A DNA stretch of 64,000 nucleotides from the human T2T-CHM13v2.0 reference genome, Homo sapiens (GCF_009914755.1 NC_060930.1); one strand, 5' to 3'. Positions 19,850 to 37,955 are shown, counted from the first letter of the stretch. Numbers and translations are program-made. The notes: generated from the sequence alone by a model not told the origin.

Positions 19850-20777
19850 GCATGTAAGGCATCGCTAATATCCTGTAAATATGCAGTGTGTACAACACAG
19901 CCCACGGCCACTGTTCTTCCACTCAGTGTCCTCGCCAGGCCCAACAAACAGTTCACTTCTCTCCGCCTCAGGTCTGAATCAACTAGAAACAGAACAAGAG
20001 TCAACAGATGGAGAACCGAGATCTCAACTTTAGTGCTGAATAAGTACACACTTAAGAATGTGGCTTTGTGCTGTGAGTCAGCTAATCTGTGAACTCCCAA
20101 CCTCTCTCATTTCTAGTCATTGAGAAACCAAGATTCAATGAAATTCCTTGGCAGGGAGGTCAGAAAAATGGGGAAAGAAGTGTTCCCCTTCCATCTTGGT
20201 GATTTCTTACCCTGGCATATTTTATGCTAGCCTGAGGAAACCTTTTTAAGTCTTGGCTTCTACTTTTGAAGACGAAACCCAGTAACAGCTATCATTCTAA
20301 CTTACATTTATCAAAAGGTAGGACATAAGGTATGGGGGTATTGTATTTTATAGTTTCATTAAAGAAGCCACATTAATCCATTAACAATTCTACTGTGTAT
20401 ACTGTGGTTCTAGGCTACACTAAGGAAGTCCAAGAAAACTCTCACTAGACATAGTTCAAATTGTTAGAGTATATGTATAAAATACATATTTTATACTTAA
20501 CTCTATTAGGTTCACATGTACTTGTCTGATAAACGTGTAATTCGGACAACTTAGCATATTCAGGAAAATAACTCCTATAAAAATCACAGAATTTAGAGGG
20601 ACAAGTAGCAACTGGAGTCTTTTTAAGGGAATCTAGTCCCAAATAAATGTTTTTACAAAATGTCTTCAGTTAATGCCTCACCTAGGTGTGATGTGATTCA
20701 CTCAGACCAGAGTCTTGATCAAACAATTCCACTTCACAAGGTCATCGGCTCTACCACTGGGTCATTTGAAGGCTTTA

Positions 20778-20836
20778 CACACACACATACATATGTACAC
20801 ACACATATATATACACACATATACATACCATACATG
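20778..20836. repeat. Mixed (CA)/(TA) simple repeat
   Basis: acacacacacatacatatgtacacacacatatatatacacacatatacatac. Confidence 0.85.
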
Positions 20837-22028
20837 TATGAGTCTTCAGGGTAAGTATGAAATAGATACTAACATCTCAATATGGAATTCTCTGGAAAAT
20901 GGGTATATATTTTAAACAATAAACCTATATTATTAATATTAAACTGAATCTGGCTATTTTCAGTCTCAATACCATATAATGCAAAGAATACCTGAGCTTT
21001 CCAAATGACCAAAGTAAACAAGCCTTTCTTCATATTAAGAGACAATTAACAGAAAAGCATTTCATGTTTTAAACTCTCAATAATTTAACTATGTATGAAG
21101 TAATTTGTCCTTAAAAACAACAGAACACAAAACCTAATATTTATATATATACAGGATATGTGGACTTACATCAAACATATTTTCAAAGAAAAACTCAAAA
21201 GCTATTTTATGCTACAGCAACTACACTCCAGTCGTGTGGTGGTGTATTAATAAGGAAATTTTCATGGCCATGAAATTTCTTTAGTATAATTTTTTTCTCT
21301 TAGAACCTAACCAAAAAAAGGCAAAGAAAGTTTTTTCATTATTTGAATCTACATGCACTTTCAAACTGAGGAAGGTATTTTCTTTTATATGTTATAATAA
21401 AAGAATTAGTTGCACGTAAAAAAAGCATTCTAAAAAGCAGTGACACTTGAAATTGTCCTGGAAATGAACAAAAGGAGTGAAAATGGATTTTAATAGCTTT
21501 GAGAGTTAATCATGCTATTCTCAGAGCAGGAGACTTTATCAAATTTATTTTATATAAATCTTTTGAATTCCTTTCATAATAGTTGTGAATCATGGCAACA
21601 TCCCTTTAATATTATTTTTCTAACACTTAGGAAAACTTTTAAAACTAACCACCTACAATGATGACTTTTCATATATGAAACTCATTTATGGATTTGTAAT
21701 AAAAATAAGGGGCAATGCCAGTAACAGACATACAGGGGAGCCATAAGCACATGTGAGTATGCATTAATAATTTTAACAAATAAAGTTACCCAGCTTTCCC
21801 AGTACAGTGTGGTACAACAGCAATAGAAGAAAAAAAGAAATCAATCCAAATACTGTGTGTTGTGTTGCTCGGTATGCCAGAAACTGATAAAACAGAAAAT
21901 TCTAAGAAAACAAAACACGTACAAAATAAAATAAATAATGTAGGACTTGACATGATATAGGCACTACTGTTTCTAAGTTAGCTGGTTGTCTGTTTGATAA
22001 ATTTGGTTATTCAACAATCTACTGTTGG

Positions 22029-22319
22029 GGTTGGGTGTGGTGGCTCAAGCCTGTAATCCCAGCACTTTGGGAGGCCGAGGCAGCCGAATCATTTGAGGTG
22101 AGGAGTTCAGGACCAGCCTGGCCAACATGGTGAAACCCCGTCTCTACTAAAAATACAAAAATTAGCTGGGCTTGGTGGCGTACGCCTTTAATCCCAACTA
22201 CTCGGGAGGCTGAGGGACGAGAATCGCTTGAACCCAGGAGATGGAGGTCGCAGGGAGCCAGGATCACACCACTGCACTCCAGCCTGGGCGACAGAGCGAG
22301 ACTCCATCTCACAAAGAAA
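22029..22319 (+). mobile_element. AluS with eroded tail
   Basis: Full dimer; short degenerate A tail. Confidence 0.92.
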
Positions 22320-24817
22320 GTATCTACGGTTTGTCTTATTTTCTTCCTTGCTGAGAAAAACAAGTGTTCTGTAAGAAAAGCGATTGATCAACAAATCCAA
22401 CATGTCTACTAAAAACAACTCTCTTCTGCAGGATTGTTTTATGTATGAAGAGCGGCACAGCCTTCTTGCTTTACTCACATCCACGTCTCTAGCTTGGCTT
22501 TCTGACTTTTCTGCCTTCCCAACCATGCTGCTGAGATTTTCCTGTGTGCTTATCAGCACGGTGAATATTATCACATAAGGCAGTGCTAATGAAACAGTGG
22601 TGGACACAAGGCAAGGGCTAAGTACTTGGGGAATAAATATGGACTGTGCCAACTGGGAAGAGGGCTACTGAGCAATTACTGGTCCAAGTCAAAAACAGCC
22701 AACCAGCAAGGGGCAGAGGAGGCAGGGACCCCCCACCAGGAACACCACTGGACTTTTCTGTGTCTGTTCTGGAAGGTGAGACCCTGCTGGTCTTCATGTG
22801 CATGAACTTCCACAGGGGACATGGGAAGAGTAAGGAAATTAACATTCACTGCATGCCTACTATAAGTCAAGCATCAGGCAACACACTTTATATGTTAATA
22901 TATGTGTAATACATATGTTTTTAATTACTAGGGTTCACAGGTGAACATATAAAAATGGCTTATGGAGACACAACAGATACTAAGATTCAGGATTACTTTT
23001 GAAAAAAAAACTTTTCAAGAATTAGGTATAACAGAATTAGGTTCTCAATATAGGATTTAGGGAGATAATCACAAAGAAGCTGGGCATTTTTTCCTTAATC
23101 CTTTCTAAAGGGATGATGCATTTTCACAATCTTCATTCTAGAGCACCCTCTGCTGGGAACAGTGCCACAAAGTGTTTGATTTCTTTAGGATTTTTTTTCT
23201 CCCCAGATGCTCACAATTCACTTTAAAACAGAGCTTTGTGGGTTTTTGGGTTTTTTTGGTCCAATAGAACCTGACAATTTCTCTCCTGCCATGAAACTGT
23301 CCTTCAAGTAAAGCCTCACAGTCTATATTAAATAACTGGCACCTCTGCCCATCAAAGCCCAATGGCAGCTGTTTCATGTTACACCCCAGGGGCACAAGGG
23401 AGCTCTTGTTCCTGAGCCCAGCATTTTGGACATGTGCAGGAGGGACTGAATGTGGGAGGCTTCCCGAGGTCCCTGGCTGAAAGTGAGGAGGGCAGTGAAC
23501 ACATCCTGTACCTCCAGAACAGAGTAACCCATGGATATGCCTTCCCCTGGAGCAAGAGGTACCCAGGAAGCTACCAGGAAGACAGCTGGCCTTGAGACAT
23601 CTTGAAAGGTCCCTGATGAAAAAGGGTGGAGGAAGGAAAGGCAGAGAAGTCTGAATCTCGAGGGAATGCTTCTGGGATCAAAAGCTTTGGGGCAGGCAGG
23701 TGGTGCAAAAGGGCAGCCAGAGAGTTTATAACCCACATCAGGGAACAGCAAAGTACAGAGTTTCCTAAAATCGAGGGGATGTCTCTGAAAAAAGGATGGC
23801 ATAAGGAGAGCTGGAACCTGGACATACATCCTCATTGCAAGCAGCCAAGAGAGGCCAACAATGATAGACCAACAAACAATTCCCAATAAGCAAAACTCCA
23901 GTTTCTCTTGTCTTACTCCTCCTCCCTGAGTGGCTACTGGGAAAACTAACAGGGTGAATAGGCAAGGAGAGGGGCTTGGCAAACTTGAGCTGGGTAGAGG
24001 GCGAAAGCATGTAAATTGGAGAGAGTGATATTTTGTTCTGGACTGCAATGAACCTTTAATAGCAGTTCCAATAACCAAAAGTGTCCAGAAAGCAAGGAGT
24101 TCTGCCAGGTTGAAGGCAGTCGTCCCGGGAAGACACGCTGTCACAGCGTGACGGAGGGCAACAGTGGGGAAACTAAAGCTGCTTCCTGATTGGAACTTCC
24201 TGAGATCTGCCTGATCAAGGCAAGACAGACCTGTCCATGCAGGAAGGCAGAGGAGGTATCTGTGAAGAAGGAAGATGAGTCACGAGGAGACAGCATCTAG
24301 GATATAAAGAGAAGTTCTCAGTGAACTTGGACTGCGGCAGCCGAAGGGGAGGTTGACGACAGCAAGCCAGAGAAATCTGCACACGTCCACAAGCACATCC
24401 AGTCTCTGCCCACAGGGTTCCTCCACCCACACCCACAAAGCCCGCATCCTGCCCTGTGTCCTGCTTCTCTCACACCCAGCAGCTAAGTTCTCTCCCAGGA
24501 GGCTAAGAGATGCTGTGATAAATCCTCCGTCCAGTTTCAGAGCTGAAAAAGCCCTGGAAGAAATAAAGGAAATGACCTTGAACAGATTAAGTGACTTGCC
24601 CAAGGCCACAGACCGAACTAGAATAAAAATTTCTGTTCCAGTACAGTCCTCCCACTCTAACACTGGCTCTCTCATCACAGACACTGTAAAAACTGTTATC
24701 TAAATACTAGGTTCTATGACTGGACTAAAAGCAAGTACTTTTATAACAAAAGCAACAATTAAATAAAAGCAACAATTGCAGCACATGCCTTTGGTACATG
24801 GTTATAAAGAGGACTAC

Positions 24818-25093
<276 letters not shown>

Positions 25094-25822
25094 TTATTGC
25101 TTTTCTCTAAGATGCAAATCACTAAATAAAGGCTGTTAAGAAATTGCTTCATTTCCAGTGAATAGCCTGAGAGCTAATGTGTCCACCAGCCATGGGTGCT
25201 TCTGGCCCAGCTAGTTCTACAGTGCACCTGCTTCTTGGACTCCCCTGGCTTTATCACACTTCTTGAAGGGCACAAGAAATTCCCACCTCAAGATTTTTTT
25301 CATGATCCAGATTTTTCTGAGTGAAGACTTGGAACTGGACCATCAATTCAGATTGGACCTGAGGCTTCTGAGGCGTCACAGCAGCAGAACTCTAGAGTTC
25401 ATGTTTAAGTGACAAGAGTACTCCTCCATGTAGCAAGATGGTCCTTTTGCTCAGAAGATCACATACAGCTGGGTTGGGAAAGGAGGAAGGAAGGAGCACT
25501 TACCTAGCCAGCCAGACCTGCCTGACCAGCCATGGTAACTGGTGGGATGACACCAGTCACAACAAGACCACCCAAGTTCTGGAACACTGCTTGAGGGAAG
25601 TCTACGCCCACTTCTTGTTTACGGAGCCCACGAGTTTTCTTACAGACTTCCTCTGCGTAATTCACTAAATAGGGCCCTGATCCAATAAAGATCAAATATA
25701 AAGGACTCACTTTATATTGTTCCTTTAGCTTTTTTTTTTTTTTAAACAACTTCATTTATTACTTCTGTGCAGTAGAGATGCATCCCTTTATTTATTGCTA
25801 TTCTTTAAAGTCATTACTCTTA

Positions 25823-26134
25823 GGCTGGGCATGGTGGCTCACGCCTATAATCCCAGCACTTTGGGAGGCTGAGGCCGGCGGATGACCTGAGGTCAGGAGT
25901 TTGAGACCAGCCTGGCCAACATGGTGAAACCCTGTCTCCACTAAAAATACAAAAATTATCCCGGCGTGGTGGTCCATGCCTGTGTAATCCCAGCTACTCA
26001 GGAGGGTGAGGCAGGAAAATCGCTTGAACCCGGGAGGTGGAGGTTGGAGTCAGCCGAGACTGAGCCACCACACTCTAGCCTGGGCGACAGAGCGAGACTC
26101 CATCTCAAAAATAAATAAATAAATAAAACATAAA
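25823..26134 (+). mobile_element. AluSx-like
   Basis: Full dimer; (TAAA)n tail; TSD core TAAAGTCATTACTC. Confidence 0.94.
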
Positions 26135-26489
26135 TAAAGTCATTACTCAATTTTTGTGTGCCCTTTCCTCTTGATCAGGGAAACAGTGTACACAGTGGTT
26201 AAGAAGATACAGGCTGTGACCCTAACAGACCCAGCAGGCAGTTCCAGCATGGACTTGCAAGATAATTACCCTAGTAGGTATTTTATTTTCTTTATGCATT
26301 CCTTCCTTCTCAGACTGTAGTAAAGATTATATCGGATGAGATACGCAGAGTGTACATCTATTGAAAGAATGGTAGAAGGATCATCTGAACTATTTAAATT
26401 TGCTTTTCTTTTTATTTGCCTAGCTAGCAGAAGTGACTATACATATGTTTAATGCATGTGATATATTTCCACTCTATTTGTAAACACTA

Positions 26490-27000
26490 GCTGCTCACAG
26501 CAGCATTACTCATAACAATGCTGTGGAAAGCAACCCAAGTGCCCAGGGATGAATGGATAAATAAACTGTGGCACACACACATGGAATATTGTTCAGCGTT
26601 AAAAAGGAGGGAAACCGACACACGCTACAAGATGGCTGAAGCTTGAAGATGTTACGCTAAATGAACTAAGCCAGTCACAAAAAGACAAATACTGTAAGAC
26701 GACATGTGTATGAGGTACCCAGAGCAGTCAAATACAAAGGGACAGAAAGTAGAATGGTGGCTGCCAGGTGATGGCAGTGGTGGGTGGAGAGGGGTGGGGG
26801 AAATGAAGAGTTATTGTTCACAGGGTGGAGTTTCCACTTTGCAAAATGAAAAAGTTCTGAGGATTGATGATAACGGTTGTACAACAATGTCAATGAACTT
26901 AATGCCACTGAACTTGTAAGTTCACTTAAAGTACACTTCACTTAAGTACAATTTGTAAGTTGTACACTTAAAAATGGTTATAATGGTCAATTTTATGAGA
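26490..27000 (+). mobile_element. L1MB-like 3' end
   Basis: agccagtcacaaaagacaaatactgt, gacagaaagtagaatggtggctgccagg and tgtacacttaaaaatggtt are L1MB 3'UTR hallmarks. Confidence 0.85.
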
Positions 27001-27279
27001 TTATATATCATATAATATTTTGGTAGCATATTTATCTTAATCCTATTTCACTCAGATGAAGGTAAAAAATGTACATTATTTCATATCTATGGTACGCAGA
27101 AGCCTTATGTATGAGGAGAAGATGTAGTAGATAGAAAACTTGGCAGAAACAGTCTCCAAATAGATCTCAGAAAAGCCATTAAAAACAAATACGTGAGAAA
27201 AACAACAATAGCAATTGCACAAGAAAAGCTGGTAGAGTGGGAAGTTAGATGGGAAAGAAAAGGCATGAAAAACGGACAA

Positions 27280-27580
<301 letters not shown>

Positions 27581-27597
27581 TTATTTTTAACACATTC

Positions 27598-27816
27598 TAC
27601 TAAAATCTGGCAAACTTTTTCTATAAAGGTCTAGATAGTCCATATTTTCAGCTTTGTGAGCCATACGGACTTCTGTGGCAATTACTCAACTCTGCAGTTC
27701 TAATTTGAAAGCAGGTGAAAATGGGTGTGGTTGTGCCACAAAAAAACTCCATCTACAAAAACAGGCAGCAGGCCAGATCCAGCCCAGTGGCAGCAGTTTT
27801 TTTTACTAACCCCTGG
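27598..27816 (+). mobile_element. MER58A-like hAT-Charlie DNA transposon
   Basis: ggcaaactttttctataaagg...ctttgtgagccata...actcaactctgc...aaaaacaggcagcaggccagat...acccctg. Confidence 0.8.
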
Positions 27817-28602
27817 TCTAGAAAACCCAAATAAATAAAAGGACAATTTGGAATACGGAAGATCAATTCCCATGGAATAAAATACCATAGATTCCTGTTT
27901 TGTCCCCCAACGAAGCAGACAGAGGAACGTAAGTTAAAATTGAAAATGTCCCTTTCCTAACAAACTGCTAATTGTTTTTCAACTGAAGAGGTGTCTCAAT
28001 GAGCTAAAAAGTTTGTAGTACATTTCTCATTCCCACTAAAAATGGAATAACATCCCACCCATATTAAAACATATTCAGAATGCTTCTCTAACAAGAAGTA
28101 TTTCTTAGTACACAGGAATGAACTAACCAGAGTCAAAATTTTACTCCAAGTACCCCTAAGTTTCTTCACAGCTGATTCTCAAAATACAGACTAAATTCTA
28201 GGCCAGTAACTTAAAAACCTATCACTTCAAGAGGTTGGTCCCTGTCAAGACCCCCAAGGAATATATGAATATTGATGAGAAAATGTATAAAAGACACTCA
28301 TTTTAATGTAAAAACAAGTGAACAATATGCATGAAAAGAGCACAGTTGTATAAAAAAGGGAAAGACACACTCTCTTTCCCCCATACTCTCACTTGTATGT
28401 ACAAAGAAAATTTGTGGAAGGCTACCACACTCACCTCTGAGAGGCAGGATTCTGAGTTTTGAAAGGTTCATGTTTTACCTTACTAGGTACTTTTATAGTT
28501 TTTACTAGAAGTAAAATTACTTTTTTACCCTCAAAGTATTACTTTTAATATTAAGAGTAATAGGTTGAGATTGCAGTTAAAGGTTTATCACCTCCATTAT
28601 TA

Positions 28603-31058
<2,456 letters not shown>

Positions 31059-31072
31059 AAAAGTTAAGTATC

Positions 31073-31571
<499 letters not shown>

Positions 31572-32654
31572 TCAGGGACACTGGTAAGAAGCACATGGTA
31601 GGAATTGCTTAGCTTCATTTGTAAGGCTCCCATCACAGTCTGAGAGGCTACTGAGATGTTGGCTTTCTTATATCTATCACAATTACTAATTATTATTATT
31701 TTGTGCCACTGAAAGCTGATGGTAAATAATAACTTTTGTTTTTTACAAGTTAATGTAATAACGTTCTCTAACATGAATTGGCCAGTTATACTTTTTTTGT
31801 TTCCCAGAAGGTGGAAATAACTAACATTTTCTAACTCTGGGGCACTCTTAACACAAGCAGCTAATTTCGTTTCCAGAGCGCAGACATCTTTCTTTAGCCA
31901 ACATCCTTGAATAAAAAACCTACTTTTAGCTCATCTTGTAATTCATTGGCGAATTTATAAAAAAGGTCTTGATGTAGCCTAATCAAAAGGCAGAAAAAGC
32001 TAAACATAGCCAAGAGATGAAAAACACTGTAGCCTTATTCTCAATTCAATTGTGGGGGAAAAAAAAAAACAGAAAAGAAAGCAAGGATATTTAAAGATGA
32101 CAAAGATACAACAAGTCATGATAAGGGGACAACAGGTACAGCAGAAAGCACTGGAGTAGCTGTGCTTCTTGCCAGATCCCAGCCCTCCAGCAAATTACTG
32201 AGCCTCTGTGCCCAAGCTCCTAATCTCTAACACAGGGATTGTAAAACTTACCTGTAAAGACCAACCAACATAACAAGAAAATGCTACATACCACGTTGAA
32301 ATGTGGGGTAGCAAAAGGAAGAAAATGACACATTGTACCAGTAAGGTACAAGGTACATAGCCCTTCCTGCCTGGGAAAATTTAGAAGTGAAGGAGCAAAG
32401 AGGGAGGAACCCCTTGAACACAACAGGATCTTTGTGCAATTAAAGAGAAGAACAATAAAGGTGTGTCCAGAAAGTAACAAGGAGAAAAGTATCAAGATAA
32501 ATGGCAACCAACAGGTGACCTATAACTTCTGATCAGAGGAGAATATGCGATTACTGTAGCAGTAAAGTTTTATAATCACTCAACATAATCAAATAGCTTG
32601 GTTCGGTTTAAAAATTCACCTTCTCCATAATCTCCTTAGGAGATATAACACATC

Positions 32655-33092
32655 TATAAGGGACTGATTGATTGTAATAATGATCTCATTTTTCCGCAGT
32701 TCCCTGTATCTATTTCTCCACCCATTGAAAAGGGGCTGGCCCTCTGGCTTGCTTTAGCCAACAGAATGCAGCAAATCTGACGTGCCAGGAGCAAGCCTAG
32801 GCATTAAGAAGGCTGTGTCATTCAGCTCCCCGTCTTGCAATTCTACTGAGTTGCCATGTGAGCAAGCCCAGGCTAGTCTGCTAGTCGTCCCAGCTGAGGG
32901 CCCAGAAATGTAAAAGAGCCAAGCCAAGATGAACCAACTAACCTGCAGCTGACCACAGATACATGTTAGAACTCAGCCAAGGCCAGAAGAACTACCTGGC
33001 CAACCCATAGGCTCATAGCAAAAACAAATGTTTATTATTCTAAGCTACTACATTTTGGTGGGGTCTATTACACAGCAAAGCCAACTGATACA
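32655..33092 (+). mobile_element. MLT1(H-like) MaLR solo LTR
   Basis: cttgctttagccaacagaatg, gccatgtgagcaagcccaggctag and end aactgataca; 5-bp TSD ACATC at 32650-32654 and 33093-33097. Confidence 0.85.
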
Positions 33093-33213
33093 ACATCCTT
33101 TGAGGAAACATGGTTCTGGACCACACAACCTCTATGTAGGGTTCAGCATCTCTTTTCAGTCACTTGAAGTCACACTTCATTTTGTGAAAAATGTGCTTCA
33201 TCTGAAGTCTTCA

Positions 33214-33447
<234 letters not shown>

Positions 33448-34479
33448 TCATCCAGTGACAAACACGGAACACAACTCCACGGTCCTTTATGCCATCTAAC
33501 AAAGCTCTCTTTCATAACACGGAGGTAGAATGTGGCAATAAAAGGAATAGGAATCTGGTAGTGAGGAATCCCGGGGGCTCAGCCCAAGTTTTACAGGAAT
33601 TACCCTTATAACCTTAGACAAGCTTCCTAACCTCTCCAGGTCTTAATTTGTCTATAAAATGAAATATTAGATTATATGCCTACTAAAATGCTTTCATTTT
33701 GAAATTTTTATAATGCAATAGGCAGTTCAGTTAAAAGCAGAGCTCATCTGGGACTTCTGTCATATTTCATTTATACTCTAAAGGGAATAAGGAGAAAAAG
33801 GAAACTGCTTTTAGAGTAATGACTGAATTATGACACATACCATATAATAGAACTAAATTGTAGTCATTAGGTAATTTGGGAGATTGATTCCAAATTATCT
33901 AAAATCCCTTGTTACAGCCTCATTTTTGAAGCATTACCTGTGCAATGTCCACACTGTCTGACCATTACAAGCCTAGGTAAATAAAGCCTGAGGGTTTGCA
34001 GTGAAGGCGCCCGGAGTGCACATTCCACAAGAAATTGTGAAAGGAAAAGCAACATGTCTATAGACTGTCGTGCCATGTACAGTCCTTTAGGGCCCTGGCA
34101 GAATGTTCTAATCACTATGGAATGTTTCCTGGCAAATACTTGTGTTTCATATTAGCTTTTTTAATTATGAAGTATGTAAAGCATTCAATACAACACCTCC
34201 TATTGGAGACTCTGACACCAGAGATTTCCTCTTAGGCTGTTTGCTAAACGTTATTGGGTAATGAAAATTTTAAGAAGCTCAACTATTATTAGAGGTTTCC
34301 TATTCTTTTACGTGGAATTTCATTTGTTTAAAATTTCACAGAACCTACTCATTAACCATTGTAGGTCCTATAAAGTATCTAGGCTCATATGTATGTAAAT
34401 GCAGAAAAGAGTCTAGAAAGTGATAGGAAAAAGAAACATATTCACCTTTTATTCTACATAGCACTGGAGTGTTTGAATT

Positions 34480-34482
<3 letters not shown>

Positions 34483-34520
<38 letters not shown>
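34483..34520. repeat. (TA)19 microsatellite
   Basis: Perfect TA run in intron 4. Confidence 0.97.
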
Positions 34521-34525
<5 letters not shown>

Positions 34526-35872
34526 AAATTTTCAGAAAAATTTAAATAAAACATTTTGATTTGAAAAGTATGTTTAAAAATCATATACTACAAAAATAAT
34601 CTGAATGTTTACTCCTTTTGTGATAACTTCCCTATAATACCACTCTTAGAAAACTCAATGACTGTTTGAGGCAGGTCTCATGCCTAATTTAGCTTCTCGC
34701 CCATCAAGGCTTTGTCCATAGCAAACATTCCATAAAGAAGTCACTAGAAGAATGCATTATCGGGGTGGGAGTTAAGACCCTGTCCCTCTGGATGGGCTGC
34801 AAGATAGATCCTTGTGGAAACTAAATGAATTCCTATATGGGATATGTTACTTCAACAGAACCAGTGTATTAAATTCACTGAAAACTACAAGCTCAGATTC
34901 ATGGAAGAATCTGAGCTGGTGATGTCTTATTTTCGATACTGGTTCGATAAAGGATCATTGTTTATATACACAGCCTATTCAGAGGGAGGGGAAGGTGGAC
35001 CACCGAATGACTGGATCATGGTTAGAAGTGTTTGTATAAAAAAGGGTCTTTGCACAGGTCTGATGGAACGGGGCTCTATAACTCCCATCTTATTGATTAC
35101 AGAGGACTTCAATGTCTCAATTTCTCAATTCTAGAGGGCCATAACTAATCATATGGTTTTTTCTATAAAACCAGAAGGTACTACAGGAGAAATGCTGAGC
35201 CAACGTCATCTATAACATCATTATCATTGTAGAGTTTACAATTATTAAAATACAGAACTGGAGAATAACTTAGTTCCTTACCCTAGAACTCTGCTTACTG
35301 CAGAAACCTTGGATAATCTTCTCTATGGCCTACGGAGGAGGTTATCTTAGGGGCAGAGTTAAGTAGGAGATGTACAGCAACTGTGGACAAACTTAGTCTT
35401 TAAACCTCCATCTTCAGGGAACAGGATACCCAGCTGTTCAATTTCTACAAGATTTGTGTGTTTTTACTTGTAATTCTAACATGTTGACAATTAACTAGAT
35501 TTTTAAAACTCTAATCGCCTCCTTCCCAAGAGGGAAACTGATCTGATAAACATTCTTTCCTGTTTAATATTATAGTTGGAATAATCTTTGTACAGCTTAA
35601 ACTTCTTATAGAAGACGACTTATTTTTTTCTAATCACAGGTAGGTCTCAGGGATGTTGGAGGAAATGATGATGATATGTCAAGATTCCAGAAGCCCTAGA
35701 AGCTAATTTGGGTCCAGTGTTAATTATTTTCCAGTTCTGCTTCATGCCATCAGAGTGGAAAAGAGGAATGTGACTATTCATGTATTCTAAATATACTGTG
35801 CAAAAATTAGCTTTCCTGATATTGTATGTGCATCTGTTCCACAATATGGTCCACACCCTGCCTGGCATTTCA

Positions 35873-36103
<231 letters not shown>

Positions 36104-36467
36104 TTATTCAGCTGTGGAGTTTTCTATTTGTGGAGTAAAACCAAACACACACAAGCAAAAACCAAAACAAAACCAAAGACCTAAAAAGGTACCACTGTAA
36201 TCTGGCCATCGCAGGGACGTGGGGACATGGGTGAAAGGTTCCATCATTTCTCTCTACCTAGAGCTTGTTAACAGAATTGCTTCCATATTCAAATCCTGTA
36301 TTGTAATCCTGCACATTAGCCGAGTAGAGGCAAATAAAGACCATTTTATGTGTTAAAATAAAAATTGATATTCAAATAAAGCAGTAACTTTTTCTTTTAA
36401 ATGAAGAAGAAAGCAGACTTTTCTAAAATAAAATTCTGGTTCTTTTCCCTAGCAAGGCTGCTAGGGT

Positions 36468-36692
36468 GGAAGGTCAGTACACTTTCTCTGTAAAGGGCAA
36501 GACTGCAAATATTTCAAGCTCTGTGAGCCATACAGTCTGTCACTATAATACTCAGGCCTGTAGCTGCAGCACAAAAGCAGCTATGGACAATACGTAAACC
36601 GATAAGCATGGCTGTGTCCCAATCAGACCTTATTTATAAAAATAGGTAGGCAGCCAGGGTTTGGTAGGCAGACTGTACGTTGCCGATCTCTG
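36468..36692 (+). mobile_element. MER58A-like DNA transposon
   Basis: ctgtaaagggc...ctgtgagccatacagtct...aaagcagctatggacaatacgtaaa...catggctgtgt. Confidence 0.8.
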
Positions 36693-37212
36693 TAAGAATG
36701 GCAGAGGGCTGAAGAAAGTCTAAAGTAAATGTGTGATAGTGGCTCCAAAGAGATTTAATAAAAGATCAAGAAAACATCTGTAAGTGGGTGTTAACGGGAC
36801 AGGAACAAGAGAAGTGAATTCACCCATTTCACCATTCTTTGACAGAAGAAAAACACAGAATTAAATGTTTCCAAGTAGTATACATCAAAGATAATTAACT
36901 TCGGAGGCAAACAAACCTCCACTGCTGTCTATGAATCATCCTATCTCACCAATTACTACCGATAAGACGACGATTTCCTATAATCTAGATTTCTTTATAT
37001 GACCTATCCCTACTAAATTTCTTAACTATTATTTTAACAATTTGGACAATACCTAATAGATCAAAAATATTACTCTCATATTCAGGCATAGAAATTAATT
37101 CCTTATAATGAATTAATCTTATACAAGGACAAGTTATCTGGAATTTGTATTTTACAATTTAAGAAAGCATTTACTTTGAAAATAAAAAGGAAATTCAGTA
37201 AAAGCAGTCTCA

Positions 37213-37377
<165 letters not shown>

Positions 37378-37544
37378 TTAAATATAAAATTTTCCATGTG
37401 AAATATTATCCACTAATATGTATCAGAAAAAGCACACTTTGTCTCTTAGCCAGTGCCTCTTCTCTCTCATTACCAGCCTCTCTCACCTCCTTACTCTTCT
37501 TCATACCTGCCCAGCTCCTGCCAAGTGACTGATTAATATGTAGT

Positions 37545-37775
37545 AACAACCAATGCTTACATGGTACTAACTCAGCTAATGCTTACAGGGCAAGTATTAA
37601 CTTATTTAGAACTCACAATAATCCTATGGAGAAGGTCCTTTTATTAGGCCAACTTTACAGATTGGGAAACTGAGGTTTGGAGTGGTTAAAAAGTTGCCCG
37701 ACATCATACAGCTAGGAAGTGGCAGATGGCAGAGTTGGCTCCCAGATCCACGCTCCTAACAAACACACTATACTG
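37545..37775 (-). mobile_element. MIR
   Basis: ttttacagattgggaaactgagg...aagttgccc...acagctaggaagtggcaga. Confidence 0.8.
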
Positions 37776-37955
37776 TAGCTCAGATCACACACTGCCAATA
37801 ATCTGCATTTACGCAGTGCCATGGTTCCGGGATTCTTATTCAGCACCTGGCCATCCCAAGAGAAGTCAGAGTCAAAGAGAGAAAGTTAGGGATACCCAGG
37901 CGCTATTTTATCGATTTTGGCTTTGTAAGACCTACTACCATGTTAATTTCAATCA

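Noticed and set aside
23374-24144. 256-aa minus-strand ORF
   Set aside because: Non-ATG start, no recognisable domain, L/S/P/F-rich composition typical of pyrimidine-rich intron sequence.
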